The notes under the pieces were generated by a model. That model saw only the letters and a list, made by a program, of their open reading frames with translations. It had not been told where the DNA came from and searched no databases. A stretch of 64,000 bases of DNA, from positions 74,958,001 to 75,022,000 of the forward strand of contig NC_059428.1 of NCBI RefSeq assembly GCF_021028975.2. The letters are read 5' to 3'. A program made the translations under genes and the position numbers. The DNA is from Sphaerodactylus townsendi (Eukaryota). Shown here one piece after another: positions 8,503 through 19,422 of the stretch (positions within the stretch are counted from its first letter, which is position 1; each line of letters begins with the position of its first letter).

Positions 8503-9174
8503 TCAGGCCCTTTTAACAGCCCCAGCTGATTTCTTTAGAATGTAAGCAGCAGGGATGTCTGGGGGAAACAGACCGGTCCTCAACCTGTAAGATTCGGGGG
8601 TGTTGGTGTTTAAATCCACCACTAGGTAGCCGTAGGGCTTGCTCACGGCGTCTTCGTAGACCTCCAGAAAGAATTTACTTTTTCCTGGGTACATTTGGCG
8701 GGCCAGGATGGCTATCTGCAACCGGTCTCTGGGGTTTTTAAATAAAACTAGATATTTGGCATTCAAATGAATAGACCTGCTGCTTTTCCCCTGGCAGAAT
8801 AAGTTCTGCACTATAAAAATAATACTGAGATTCCTGTGATGGGAATACTTGGTGAAGGCATTTTCAATTTCGCCGTTGGTAGAAGCAGAATTCATCAAGT
8901 CATCCACAATGATCAGGTTTCTTTTATTAGGCGGTAACAAAGCATCATCGTTCAAAGAGGGGGGGATGCCCTCTACAAACTGTATAAAGGGGAAACGCGC
9001 GTACAATTCTTTATACAGAGGCTGGAAACAGGAGTAACACCACACAATATTTTCAGGCATTTGAGACAACGTCCCCTCAGCGTGCACAAGCAGATTCTTA
9101 ATAAAGTAACTCTTTCCACAATTGCTGGGCCCTGCAATAATGGCAGAGAACGGGTGCTGCCAACGCGTGTCCAT
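8503..9174 (-). CDS. A32/FtsK-like genome packaging ATPase
   Basis: Walker A GPSNCGKS, Walker B LIIVDD, FTKYSHHRN, VQNLF and KPYGYLVVD. Intact. Confidence 0.95.
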   Translation of the reverse strand: MDTRWQHPFSAIIAGPSNCGKSYFIKNLLVHAEGTLSQMPENIVWCYSCFQPLYKELYARFPFIQFVEGIPPSLNDDALLPPNKRNLIIVDDLMNSASTNGEIENAFTKYSHHRNLSIIFIVQNLFCQGKSSRSIHLNAKYLVLFKNPRDRLQIAILARQMYPGKSKFFLEVYEDAVSKPYGYLVVDLNTNTPESYRLRTGLFPPDIPAAYILKKSAGAVKRA

Positions 9175-9176
9175 CC

Positions 9177-12100
9177 TCAATATCCGTAAGGCAGACTTCG
9201 AAAATTGTCCTTCAGTACACGCTTATCATAAACCACCTTCTGTGTCTTTTTAAGAACCTGGGTTTTAATAGAAAAACTCTGTTTATGTCTGACAATCCCT
9301 GGGTGCTCCACCACTATTGATGCCTGGTTTTCCCCACCCACGTGCGTAAAGACTAATTCTTTCAGGCTGTCAAAATTAATTTTTTGGCTGTTGGCATAGT
9401 TCAGAGTGATCCCCTTCACTTTCAGGCATGCCCCCCCACCCGACAGCTTGTACCCATATGACTTGGGCCCTGTTGAGACAAATTCTGTGATATGCTGACC
9501 CTCTGGTATTTCGCTGGTCAGCTCCCCTAAATAATCACCAAGACGAGGCTTCCAATCGTCTTCTTTGCTCCTAAATATAACAGAATCAGTGTCATAGTAT
9601 AAGCACCTCTCGCCCAGTTTGTTTAACAGCTTGTACAATTCTAATCGGCCGTAAGCTGTGGTAAAGCATGCTATGTACACGTTGGTGTTCCCAGAGGCGG
9701 CCAGGGTTGGTTTAGAGAGCCTCCATGACACACAGACCGCATCATCACTGACAAAATCACACCAAGTGGGTTCATACTTATCTGAAAAAACCAGCTCAAA
9801 ATACCTGTTTGGATCTCTGACAATCTCAGTTCTTGGCAAGTTGGACCTCTGTGCAAATTTACCCCACAGAGAATTAAGAAACAGTTTAGCAACCTGCCTC
9901 TTTGCAGGGTTTGGCTTGATATGCGTGGGCCGCAGGGCAACCTCCTCCTTTGTATAAAAATCTTCTACATACTTTTTATCTGCCTCGCTGACTGCCCACG
10001 ATGGGTAGCCCGACGCTTCTTGCTTATTTCTCAGATGGCACTTAATGTGTTCTGAAAACAAGTCTGTGGATTGCTCCTCAAAATGCCACACTTCAAAGAT
10101 CTCCCCCACTCTATACCCCTGTTCTATGGCCACAGCGATCTCACAAGTGCACCACGTGCCTATCAATGCCCTTTCTTCGTCGTTGTGAGTGCAGGGTACC
10201 TGGAGTTTTTGGGCCGCACAGGTCCTGCACAATGTGAAATAGAGCTTGCCATCGGTCTTGCTAGGTAGTACCGGGAAAAACAGACCTCTGGGGGGGTACA
10301 CTTTCACCTTAACCAATCCAAAATATTCTGTCAAGGGCCTGAAATTCTCATAAATGATCACCGGGTGGCCTTTTGGGTAAACTTTGTTAGCATTTACAAA
10401 GGGATACAAGCTGCAATAATCCACGTATGCAACTTGTTCATTTTTTTCAGTTTTGTGGTATAGTGTCACAGCATTGGTCCGCCCCCCAAAGAGAGCGTCT
10501 CTGGGTTTTAATGGCTCTGGGAAACGGGCCTCTTTCAGGAAAGCTTTTACACGTTCATCTGTGGCTTTTAGATTTTCCCACTCATGTTCCCATATTTCTA
10601 TGACTCGAAACCCCTTTTTTTTCAATTCATCAGACCTCTGGCGGGTAGCAGAGTTTAACTCTGCGTATGTTCTGTTGCTCACTCTGGAAAACGCCTGGGG
10701 GTCTGTGCAGAGGGCACAGCCATGCCATTCACATCCTAAGAATTCGTACCCTATCTTCTCGCCATTTTGCACCGCGGTGAATCAGCTATTCAGAAAATAT
10801 TTCCTCGCTTTAAAATTTCACCCTTTGAGAGCTGCGGTTCGATTTGAATGTTTTCTGAGTGTTCGATGTAACTCAGCCATTGAATAGAGGCTGTGGAAAA
10901 CCTTTTTACCTGCTTGTGATAGTGGTCTGCAGGTGGGATGGCTATAGACTGCGGCCGTAGGAAATTAAGCCTATACATGGCTAGACACACGCTGGCCAAG
11001 GTTGTGTACTGCAAGGGGTCTATAGAGAGATTGTCCTCCCTAGTGGTCATGTTAATGATTTCCTGTCTGTACAGAATGCAGGCTTTTTCTAGAATTTCCA
11101 CATCTTTTTGACAATAATAAGCCAACTCTCTTTGAAGGTCAAAGGTCGCTCTTTTGTTTTGTTCATACCACACCATGAAATCAGACCTCTCTTTCTCCTT
11201 CATGTAATTTACCGTAAAATTTGCATGGGAGTGCCCTTCCAGGTAATTTTGATTAGCACGTGTATTAAACAGATGGGGGAAGAACCCTTTGCACCCCTCG
11301 AAGCCCAGGGCCCCGGGTAATTTTGCTAAAGTGAGGGGTAGGTGTTCAGAGAATCAATGAATTTTATACCGTGTGACTTAATGGTTACGCACATAAGCTT
11401 CCCCCCAACAGTCAACAGCTGTGGATCTAGCCTCTCTTCAATCAGCCGACGGACCAAGAAATAGCAATCATAAGATTTTGAATTATGGGCGATAAAAGTA
11501 CAATCCCTAAACTTCTTCTTCTGCAATGTGATGGTGGCAATAAAATCTTCTACACATTTTTCACCTTTGAACACCCAAGAACACCCTCTTATTTTCCATT
11601 CGACGTCCCCTGACCCCTCCCAGGCCTTTGCATATAGATAACAGGGCCTGTGAAGCCAGTCATCCGTTTCCTCTTGGGTGCTTTCTATGTCATAAAAGAT
11701 ATATCTTTCAGAACTTAGGGGGCTTTCAAGCGGCTGAATATAGCACAGTTCATGTGCGGTTTCGTGCTGCTCAAGTCGTCCCCCACACTGTCTACAAACT
11801 CTCCCCTTACATTTTATAAACTGGTGCTGCATCTTTTGGTAAGATTTGCAATCGGCACACCACTTTCGAGAAATGCATGCCGTGTCATCATTTTCCACAC
11901 GTTCCCCGTGCTTCCTGAAGCAATACTCGCTGCTACAGACCATTAAACAATTTTGGCATTGTACGGACTCCCCCTGGATAGTTTTACACTCTGTAGTTGC
12001 ACAAATTCTACAAAAGTTGGCGCAAGTGGTTATCGTACAGCGTTTGACAGTAGGGGCATAGATTTTTAGCACCCACAAGCCCCCCGCACATTCAAAACGC

Positions 12101-13330
12101 CATAATAGTGTTCCTGATGCAACAGGAGAGTATGTGTCTTTGGAAAACGTGGTGGATTGGCTGTTTTAAAGATGTCCCAACCTTTTGTGGGCATGCAAAG
12201 AACAACATGTATGTTCACATTCAAATGTTCTTCAACAATGGACACATCGGACAGGGTCACAGCCTTCTGAGTAGACCACCCGAGCTGCGTATGGAGCTGC
12301 TTAGCCGCCTCTAACAATTCGGAATCTGTAAAATCCCATCCCTCTGCCCTTTTGATCACCCCCATCAAGCAACCCGCAAAACATAGGTTTTCACCCTCGC
12401 TATTCAAATCGATCAAATATCTACGTTTTTTGTCAATGATTGCGCTGTAAGGGATGGATTTAAGGTTCCTTCGTGCACCACCCCTGGGGGGGCTTGTAAT
12501 GGTTGCTATAAGCCTCAGTGTGTCAGAGTTCAAAATTTCTCTATTGCTCTGAAGCGTGCTTGCCACAAAATCTAAAAACTCTGACGCGTTAATGTTGCTT
12601 TTGCATTTCTTAAAGGAATAAACAGGGTTTTGCTCCCCCCCTCACTTCTTCCAATCTAGAACTGAACAAAATCCCCCTCCTGAATCCTCCCACATATTTC
12701 ATCCACAATGCTTTGCACACCTCTTGTAAGAGCCTCTATTGCAGCTGAAAAAGATGTCACCCTATCTAGATTAACAAAACGGAATTCTTCGCTAACCACC
12801 AGTGACCTGAATCTTTGGTATGGTCTTTCCCAAGATCTCACCCTCTCCACGTGTACTTCAGGCTGCTCTGGTGAAGCGTTAATATCACAGCCCTCTTCAC
12901 CCTCCATCCCACTGTCTCCGCCCCCCCGCTTCAGACCCCGTGGGGGTTGACAAAATTGACTCCCCGTCACCCTGTAAACCACAGCCTGTCTGCGTGACAG
13001 GCATTGCGCAGTCCATATACATAGCAGGAGTTTTATTATTCTGGACATCAGCCACAAGCTTGTAAAATTGGTTGCATATAACCTCGTGTGCTGCCTGCTT
13101 TTGCGCAGCCCACTTACATGCCTCATCAGCTTCTTTTTTGGAAGCTTGTTTTTTAATCAATACGTCAAGAAGTTCATCACCCAGGCGGTCCATTTGTTCT
13201 CTGTCTTCTCTCCGTTTATCTTTGCCCCCTTCTGCACCCTTCGACTTCTTGGCTGCCACCTGTTTTTGGGTTGGGGTGTCAGTCGGTGAACGCTTAGACT
13301 TTGAAAGGGCCTTTCTATTTGGGGCCTGGT
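9177..13330 (-). pseudogene. Protein-primed family B DNA polymerase (terminal-protein region, OTU-like domain, Zn-binding region, exonuclease, inserted Vsr-like nuclease, polymerase), broken by at least 6 frameshifts
   Basis: Motifs LQSN, ENLCF...EHYY, YIFYDIES (Exo I), AHNSKSYD (Exo II), KGFFPHLFN, YCQKDVEIL (Exo III), YEFLGCEWHG, DYCSLYP, KLFLNSLWGKF and YYDTDS. They are spread over the ORF fragments 12897-13259, 12656-13126, 12066-12566, 11326-12078, 10790-11203 and 9177-10772. Confidence 0.95.
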
Positions 13331-13434
13331 CTGCAATAAAACAAAGAAAAAAGACCGATTAAAAAATCAAGTGTAGTCCGCCACAGCTCTCTTCTTCCCA
13401 TGTTAAAATAACCAGCTCTGGACATCTTGAAACA

Positions 13435-13488
<54 letters not shown>

Positions 13489-13664
13489 AAGAAAAACAAG
13501 ACAGGCTGGGAGATAAGTGGCAAATTGGGGAGCTGGATCTGTAGCACGTGGGATCCATGTGACATTATTGTCATTTTATGAGATTATTCCTTTTCCACCA
13601 TACAGACTCCACATCACAGCTTACAAAATCTAAGACAGAACACACAGTTACTAAAGCAGCCTCC

Positions 13665-14560
13665 CTCCTCCCCCCATAGAAAAAAGACAGTATGTTTAAC
13701 AAAGCATATTTCTGAATTTCTGCACAATGAACACTCATTTTTTTAATCCCTTTGACACTCACTGGATTTTTTTTTGGGCAGAGCATTGGTGGGTGGCGAC
13801 GGCCCTGGAGATTGAAGAACTCCTGCTGAGATATTCAGAGAAGGCACCGGGGCACCTGTGCTTGATGCCCGTTGATTATACGGCATCAGATCAGCATTTG
13901 TAACAGCTAATCCACTTCCTGAAAACAGACATTAAAATTATGCATAGTATATAGCCATGTTTCCTCTTCTGACAGCCCGTCCCTTCCGTGGCTCATGGAA
14001 CTTTTCTACACACAAGGGTATGTAGAGGCCCTCTCAAGCATATTTTTCATGCAGCTTTTTAGCCTTAAAAGCATGACAATTATTATCTCCCTCCCTCCAC
14101 CCACCACCCCCCCATAGAAAAAAGATAGTATGTTTAACAAAGCATATTAACTTCTGCACAATGCACACTCATTTTTTAATCCCTATGACACTCACTGGAA
14201 TTTGGCAGCAGACTATGGATGGGTGGCAACGGCACTGGAGATGGAAGAACTCCTGCTGACGCTGCAGAGATGTTCAGAGCTGGCACCGGGGCACCTGTGG
14301 CCGATGGCCATTGATTATACATGTTTAGACCACTAGTTGTAGCAGGGTGACCATTTCCTGAAAACAGACATTTAAATTATGCATAGCATACAGCCATGTT
14401 TTCTCTTCTGATGTCCCCCTCACCCCCCCCCCCACTTCTGTGGCTCATGGAACTTTTCCACACACAAGCGTATGTAGAGGACCTCTCAAGCATATTTTTC
14501 ATGCAGCTTTTTACCCTTAAAAAGCATGACAATTCTTATCCCCCTCCACTCACCCCCCCC
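13665..14560. repeat. Tandem duplication of a ~440-bp exon+intron unit inside the Maverick
   Basis: CCCCATAGAAAAAAGA..TATGTTTAACAAAGCATATT recurs at ~13670 and ~14110. CCTGAAAACAGACATT recurs at ~13918 and ~14357. Confidence 0.9.
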
Positions 14561-15038
14561 ATTCTGTTATGTTCTATGTACCCCTGTTTTACACGTGACC
14601 CACCCATTTCTTCAGTCTGTGGGGGAAAATATGGATCTATCTGGGTTTGCGCAGGGATAAAGGTTTGATCGCCGGTCTCTTTTAATATGGCATCTGTGAT
14701 ATAAAAACCAGGCAGGCCTGTTAATAAAATTCTGTTTTTTGCAGGATCTTACCACCCTCTAAAACCCATATATAAAATTACCTAGCGGATCCTCATAATG
14801 GCCAGCAGGGTTCACTGCTGCGTCATAATTATACCCATTCACAAATTTTTTAAGAAGATTTATGGGAGCTGCTTCGGTTCCTGTATTTTGGGGAATATTT
14901 CAGAAGACACACACTTCTTATTATCCGGGCCATTGCTTTCTTAAAAATACCCCCCACACACACACACCCCACACACCCCAAACCACTACAGGTCTTACCT
15001 TCGGCAGCTTGGAGCATTTCCGCATCAGTAGCATCCAT
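13763..15038 (-). CDS. Predicted spliced 5' exons of the pPolB unit: 15038-14999, 14880-14782, 14693-14604, 14357-14196, 13918-13763, joining the acceptor at 13330
   Basis: All introns are GT-AG and phase 1. Internal exons are 99, 90, 162 and 156 nt, all multiples of 3 and stop-free. The joined frame matches the 12897..13259 ORF. Confidence 0.65.
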
Positions 15039-15354
15039 TTTATTTTATTTTTTAATGAATTTTTTAAGGCTGCTTCACTCAGAAGACCCTCTAAGCCACG
15101 GGAGCACGTGTGACTGTCTTGGGGCCAGTGGGTCTAACAGTTATATTTTTCAAGTAAGGGGGTGGGCCTGTGCCTTATCTGGGTTTACCAACTGCCCATC
15201 TGTGAGCAACTGCGTGTTGTGTGGGGCCTCCTGGCTGTGGTCATCTCCTAATCAGATAAGCATTAAAACACCACCCCTCCCAAGAAACAGAAAAACTTTT
15301 AAAGAGTTTCAATAAATGTTTTATTGAATATAATTCTGCATATTTGGTTTTATT

Positions 15355-16237
15355 TTACTTGGAAAAGAATACATTCAAAGTACGACTACCAACATTCAAC
15401 GCCAGATATTTTTTTACAAGAACCACAAAATCCTGGTTACATTTGTCAGAGAATTTCTGCAAGCATTCTGTAGGACAGCTAGCCGACTCCACATTTTTCA
15501 CAAATTTGGCCAGAGTGACAAAATGGCTGTTGTTCAGTGACAAACACCCAGTACACAATCCAAGATGCGTGATTACTTGAATAATTGGTTCTAAACAGAC
15601 ATTGTGACACACAGACCTCAACCGTTCATCAAAATCACATTGTATACAATCGTGGCTGTTCAAATCCTTGCAATTATTCTGGCAGGCGGTGCACATGGCA
15701 TGGCATAAATCATTCAGACACCATTTCATAATTACAGAAAGGGTTGCTCTTGAGAGTTGCCCAATAGCAGATCTTCTTTTTGAGGGTTCCACACTTGGTA
15801 TATCAGCCACCCTGAGTTTTGCGTTGCACCTCATGACTTCGGCCATGGACTTTCTGTCCCTGAGAGAATCGGCCATGCTGAAAAGGGTGAAGTTCTGCAA
15901 AAAAACAAAAATAGCATTTTAAAACCCCTCTGCAACACTATACAGCATCTCCCCCAGTGCCCCAACCTGTCCTGATCCATCTCACCTCCATCTTGACATG
16001 CTTATTCTGTTCAACACCATCTTCTGTTGAAACACAGGCATCACGGGTCTGCTTCTGGTCGGTTGGTCCAGCATCACCCTCAGACCCCGGAAACAGCTTT
16101 TTGGCACATTTCTTGAAAAAAATGTCCTCGTCGCTATCATCAGCATCCATAGCCGCACGCTGCCTCTTCAAACGCCTCCCTCTGGTCGGGGCAGGGGGTG
16201 GAGAAAGTGAAAAAAGGCTCCCTGCGGGGGTTTCCAT
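15355..16237 (-). CDS. Predicted 2-exon viral accessory protein (16237-15986, 15894-15355; ~263 aa) with NLS, KKLF motif and Cys/His-rich domain
   Basis: Donor GAG|GTGAGA and acceptor TTTTTTTTGCAG|AAC, phase 0, join ORFs 15938..16237 and 15355..15900. AATAAA lies immediately after the stop. Contains CTAC...HDC. Confidence 0.75.
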
Positions 16238-16289
16238 GCTCAGCTATGAAACAGGTTTGGTTTCGCAGCTGTCTCCAAGGCCCAGAATA

Positions 16290-16660
16290 CCCATATTTAT
16301 GCCCCCGAGGTCCGGCGCCTCATTGGTCGGCCTTAAATCGCTCGCTAGATCGAGCCGAGTTGATTGACGTCTCACACGGCACACGGAATCAAAAATTGAT
16401 ACCCCGACTACCGGACATGGTCACCGGCTGATAATCACCAAAGAGCCCCTGCATCGCTCTAAAACGACTAACGGGCTTCTGCCGCATCATGCCTGGTTGA
16501 TTGGCACGCTGTGATGGCCCGAAATCACCTTTTGGGCCAAATTTCGCCGCTCCTAATCTCCAGGGGAACCAGCACTGCACCGCCTTAAAATGACATCGCC
16601 GGGCTTCTGCCGCAGCTTGTGCCGGGTTGATTGATGGGTCGCGACGCCTGCGAAATCACA
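16290..16660 (-). promoter_or_regulatory. Putative inward-facing promoter at the inner end of the right TIR
   Basis: Mirror copy of the left cassette. TATA-like CATAAATA at 16301-16294 lies about 57 nt upstream of AGCATG (ATG 16237). Confidence 0.6.
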
Positions 16661-18321
16661 AATTGCAGCGTCATCCCCAGCTCCCAACCACGGGCGACCT
16701 GCCTCGCTGCCATTAAATTATAAGCTCAAGGGTGACAGACAGCTCTGCTGCCTTCATTCGAAAGACTTCTAGGAAGGGACATGCCCGGCATGCCTTTTCA
16801 ACCACGCCTGGCCCGCCTCCATGGGTGGCGTGTATAATGTAAGTTCGAAAACTTTGCAGCTTAATTTCGCCGCCGAGCGCCAGGGTGAGGAGAGGGGACA
16901 GAGTACACAACGGTGCTTTGCATAGCAGCCACGAGAGCCAACGACTCCGCCTTTGCCTGGAAAAACACTTTATTATTTTAAAAGCATGCTTCCTGGTCGG
17001 TTGTCAGGAACACCATGCAGGGTACGGCAATAGACGTCCAGTCCTCGACAAGCTCCCCGGCCCTACTGCCCTGAGGGGAGGAGGGAAAACACAGGAAGGA
17101 CTCTTTCAGGAAGTCATTACTGTTTTAGGGAAACCCTGCAAAACGCCTTCGCTCCTTTTTTTTTTTTTTTTTCTGGACGCATCCTCTGCTTTCAGAAAGC
17201 AGCCCCGTGAGGGCAGGGATGCTTTTCAATACACTGTAGGGACAAGAGGGGAGCGTCCTCTTGCATAAATTGTGCTAAAATGCAGCCTGCCGGGCTTTAT
17301 GTGATTCAAACCTCGCTACCAGAGACGGGGAAGGGCATCGCCGGGGTCGGTTCACCAATTGTTTTCGTAAACCTTGGGGTTTGGGGAGGGGGGATGCTTT
17401 TACAACGAAGTTTGGAAAGAAGCAGGCTGCAAACATAGGCTTATCTCCAGACCGCTCCGGAGATGGGAAAGATGCATGATTCAAACGCCTTGGCTTTTGG
17501 GAGGGGAGAAAGGGTCTGTTTTTACAACAACGTTTGGAAACAGGCGCGCTGCACACATAAAGGACTTATTCCAAGAACCCTCCGGAGAAGGAGGGGGCGG
17601 GGGTGGGGGGAGATGAGCGTTTGATAAGTGGGAGGGGAACACCCCACCCGTTAGCAGCTCTTTTGCAGTTTCAACGAGCAAGGGGCTCTCTCTCTCACAC
17701 ACACACACCCACACACAGCAGGGCTTGGGGAAGGGCGGGGGGATGCCAGCATGTTGAACGCAGATTACAAACGCTAGGGAGAAACGCCCCTGGACTTGCC
17801 GAGTACAGCCAACTTCCAAAGTGAATGACACACACACACACACAGATACACTCAGCCACTACAATTGCCAGCTAGGGAATAGCATGACGGATAGCTGGGG
17901 GAACACGCTAGCATTTCTAGGGTTATGCAGATTGACACCTGGGTGGGTGGGAAGGCGAGCCTGACGGCTCCTTTTGCAGTTTCAAACGGCACTTCACTCC
18001 CGCTCATGAACAGCTCCTCTTGGGAGGGACTGAGAGGGATGCCAGTCTGTTGAACACAGATTAAAAACGCTACACAGAAACGCCCTGGACTTGCCAAGTA
18101 GAGCCAACTTCCAAAGCGAATGACACACACACAGATACACTCAGCCACTACAATTGCCAGCTAGGGAATAGCATGACGGATAGCTGGGGAACACGCTAGC
18201 ATTTCTAGGGTTATGCAGATTGACACCTGGGAGGTAGAAGGGAGAAGGATGGTGGACAGGACAGCCTGCTACGCAGGCTGTCAGCTGTCAGATGATGAGG
18301 AGAGGGGGGGTATTGTCTTCT
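16290..18321 (-). repeat. Right terminal inverted repeat (~2.0 kb)
   Basis: Begins CCCATATTTATGCCCCCGAGG at 16290, the reverse complement of the left TIR inner end. The mirrored ORFs 218..514/17852..18148 confirm the inversion. Confidence 0.95.
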
Positions 18322-18600
18322 TTGGGGGTTTTTTGACATTGAATCCAGTTTCTGTAAAGCTAGATCACATTTTAGTGATTTTTAGCTGGCTGCAATAACG
18401 GATTATGATACAGCTCCAATATACTCATGATTACTATGGGTGCCAATGAAGAAATATCAAATTAATAGTTTTGCATTTACACTAACCACGGAACATATAT
18501 GATATAAGTGTTTATTGTGTCAAATTTGGGAAAGGACTTTAAGACAGGCTTTGCACAATAAAAAAATGTACTATGTAACTTGCTGTATTAGGATATCTTT

Positions 18601-18890
18601 GAGAGCCCGTGTGGTGTAGTGGTTAAGGGCAGTGGACTCTAATTTGGAGAACCAGGTTTGATTCCTCTCTTCTCCACATGAGCAGTGGACTCTTCTCTAT
18701 TGAACTGGATTTGTTTCCCTGCTCCTGTACATGAAACCTGCAGGGTGACCTTGGGCTACTCACCATTCTCTCAGAACTCTCTCAGTCCCGCCTATCTCAC
18801 AGGGTCTCTGTTGTGGGGAGAGGGAGAGAAGGAGTTTGTAAGTCTCTTTGAGACACCTTACAGGAGAAAAGGGTGGGATATAGATCCAAA
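18601..18890 (+). mobile_element. tRNA-derived SINE
   Basis: A-box-like TGGTGTAGTGG and B-box-like GGTTTGATTCC. A related, degraded copy lies on the - strand at ~24620-24860. Confidence 0.75.
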
Positions 18891-19422
18891 CTCCATTTCT
18901 TCTTCATCTCAAATACTTGTGACTTCCCTGACATGAATGACATCAGTCTGAAATTAGCAACCACCCTACACGGTTTTTTTTAATTGTGCGCTAAGAGCTG
19001 AAAACTTTAGTTGGACTTTGCTTCAGTAAACAAAGTTCTATTCCCTGTCTAACCCTAGGCCATTTTAAATGACTGATACTGTTTGCTAAAGATACATTTT
19101 CTGTATTTACACATTCTTACAAAGCTATTACCAAATTAGTAAAACTTTTCAAAGGTTGGCAAAGATCACATCTAATTTCCCCTAAAGCTTTTCAATTACC
19201 GGTAGTTAAACTGTGTTGTGGTCTTCTGGGTTGTGATGCTACATTTGATTACACTGTATCAAAGTTTAGCATATTGTTCTCTGAACTAAATAACTGGATT
19301 TGTTTAGCTACCCTAGAAGACTCTGTACCCTGTTCCACATAAAGACCTACGTAAAACTGTAACTTCATCTGCCATTTCCTCCTGCCCACCCTCCTCCATG
19401 TGCTCCACGGCCCCTACTCATT

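Larger units (their letters stand above)
44..18321. mobile_element. Full-length Maverick/Polinton (adintovirus-like endogenous virus), 18,278 bp
   Basis: Starts AGAAGACAATACCCC at 44 and ends GGGGTATTGTCTTCT at 18321. It is flanked by an identical 6-bp TSD TTGGGG (38-43 and 18322-18327). It carries integrase, penton, MCP, protease, ATPase and pPolB in two convergent modules. Confidence 0.98.

Noticed and set aside
8212-8529. + strand ORF with poly-Leu
   Set aside because: It is antisense to the pX-like gene. The Leu run comes from an intergenic (CTG)n microsatellite at ~8441-8468.
15040-15250. Possible extra upstream coding exon for the pPolB leader (acceptor-like CTTATCTGATTAG near 15248)
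   Set aside because: In-frame stops precede ATG 15038. It could be a non-coding or error-containing exon but cannot be supported as CDS.
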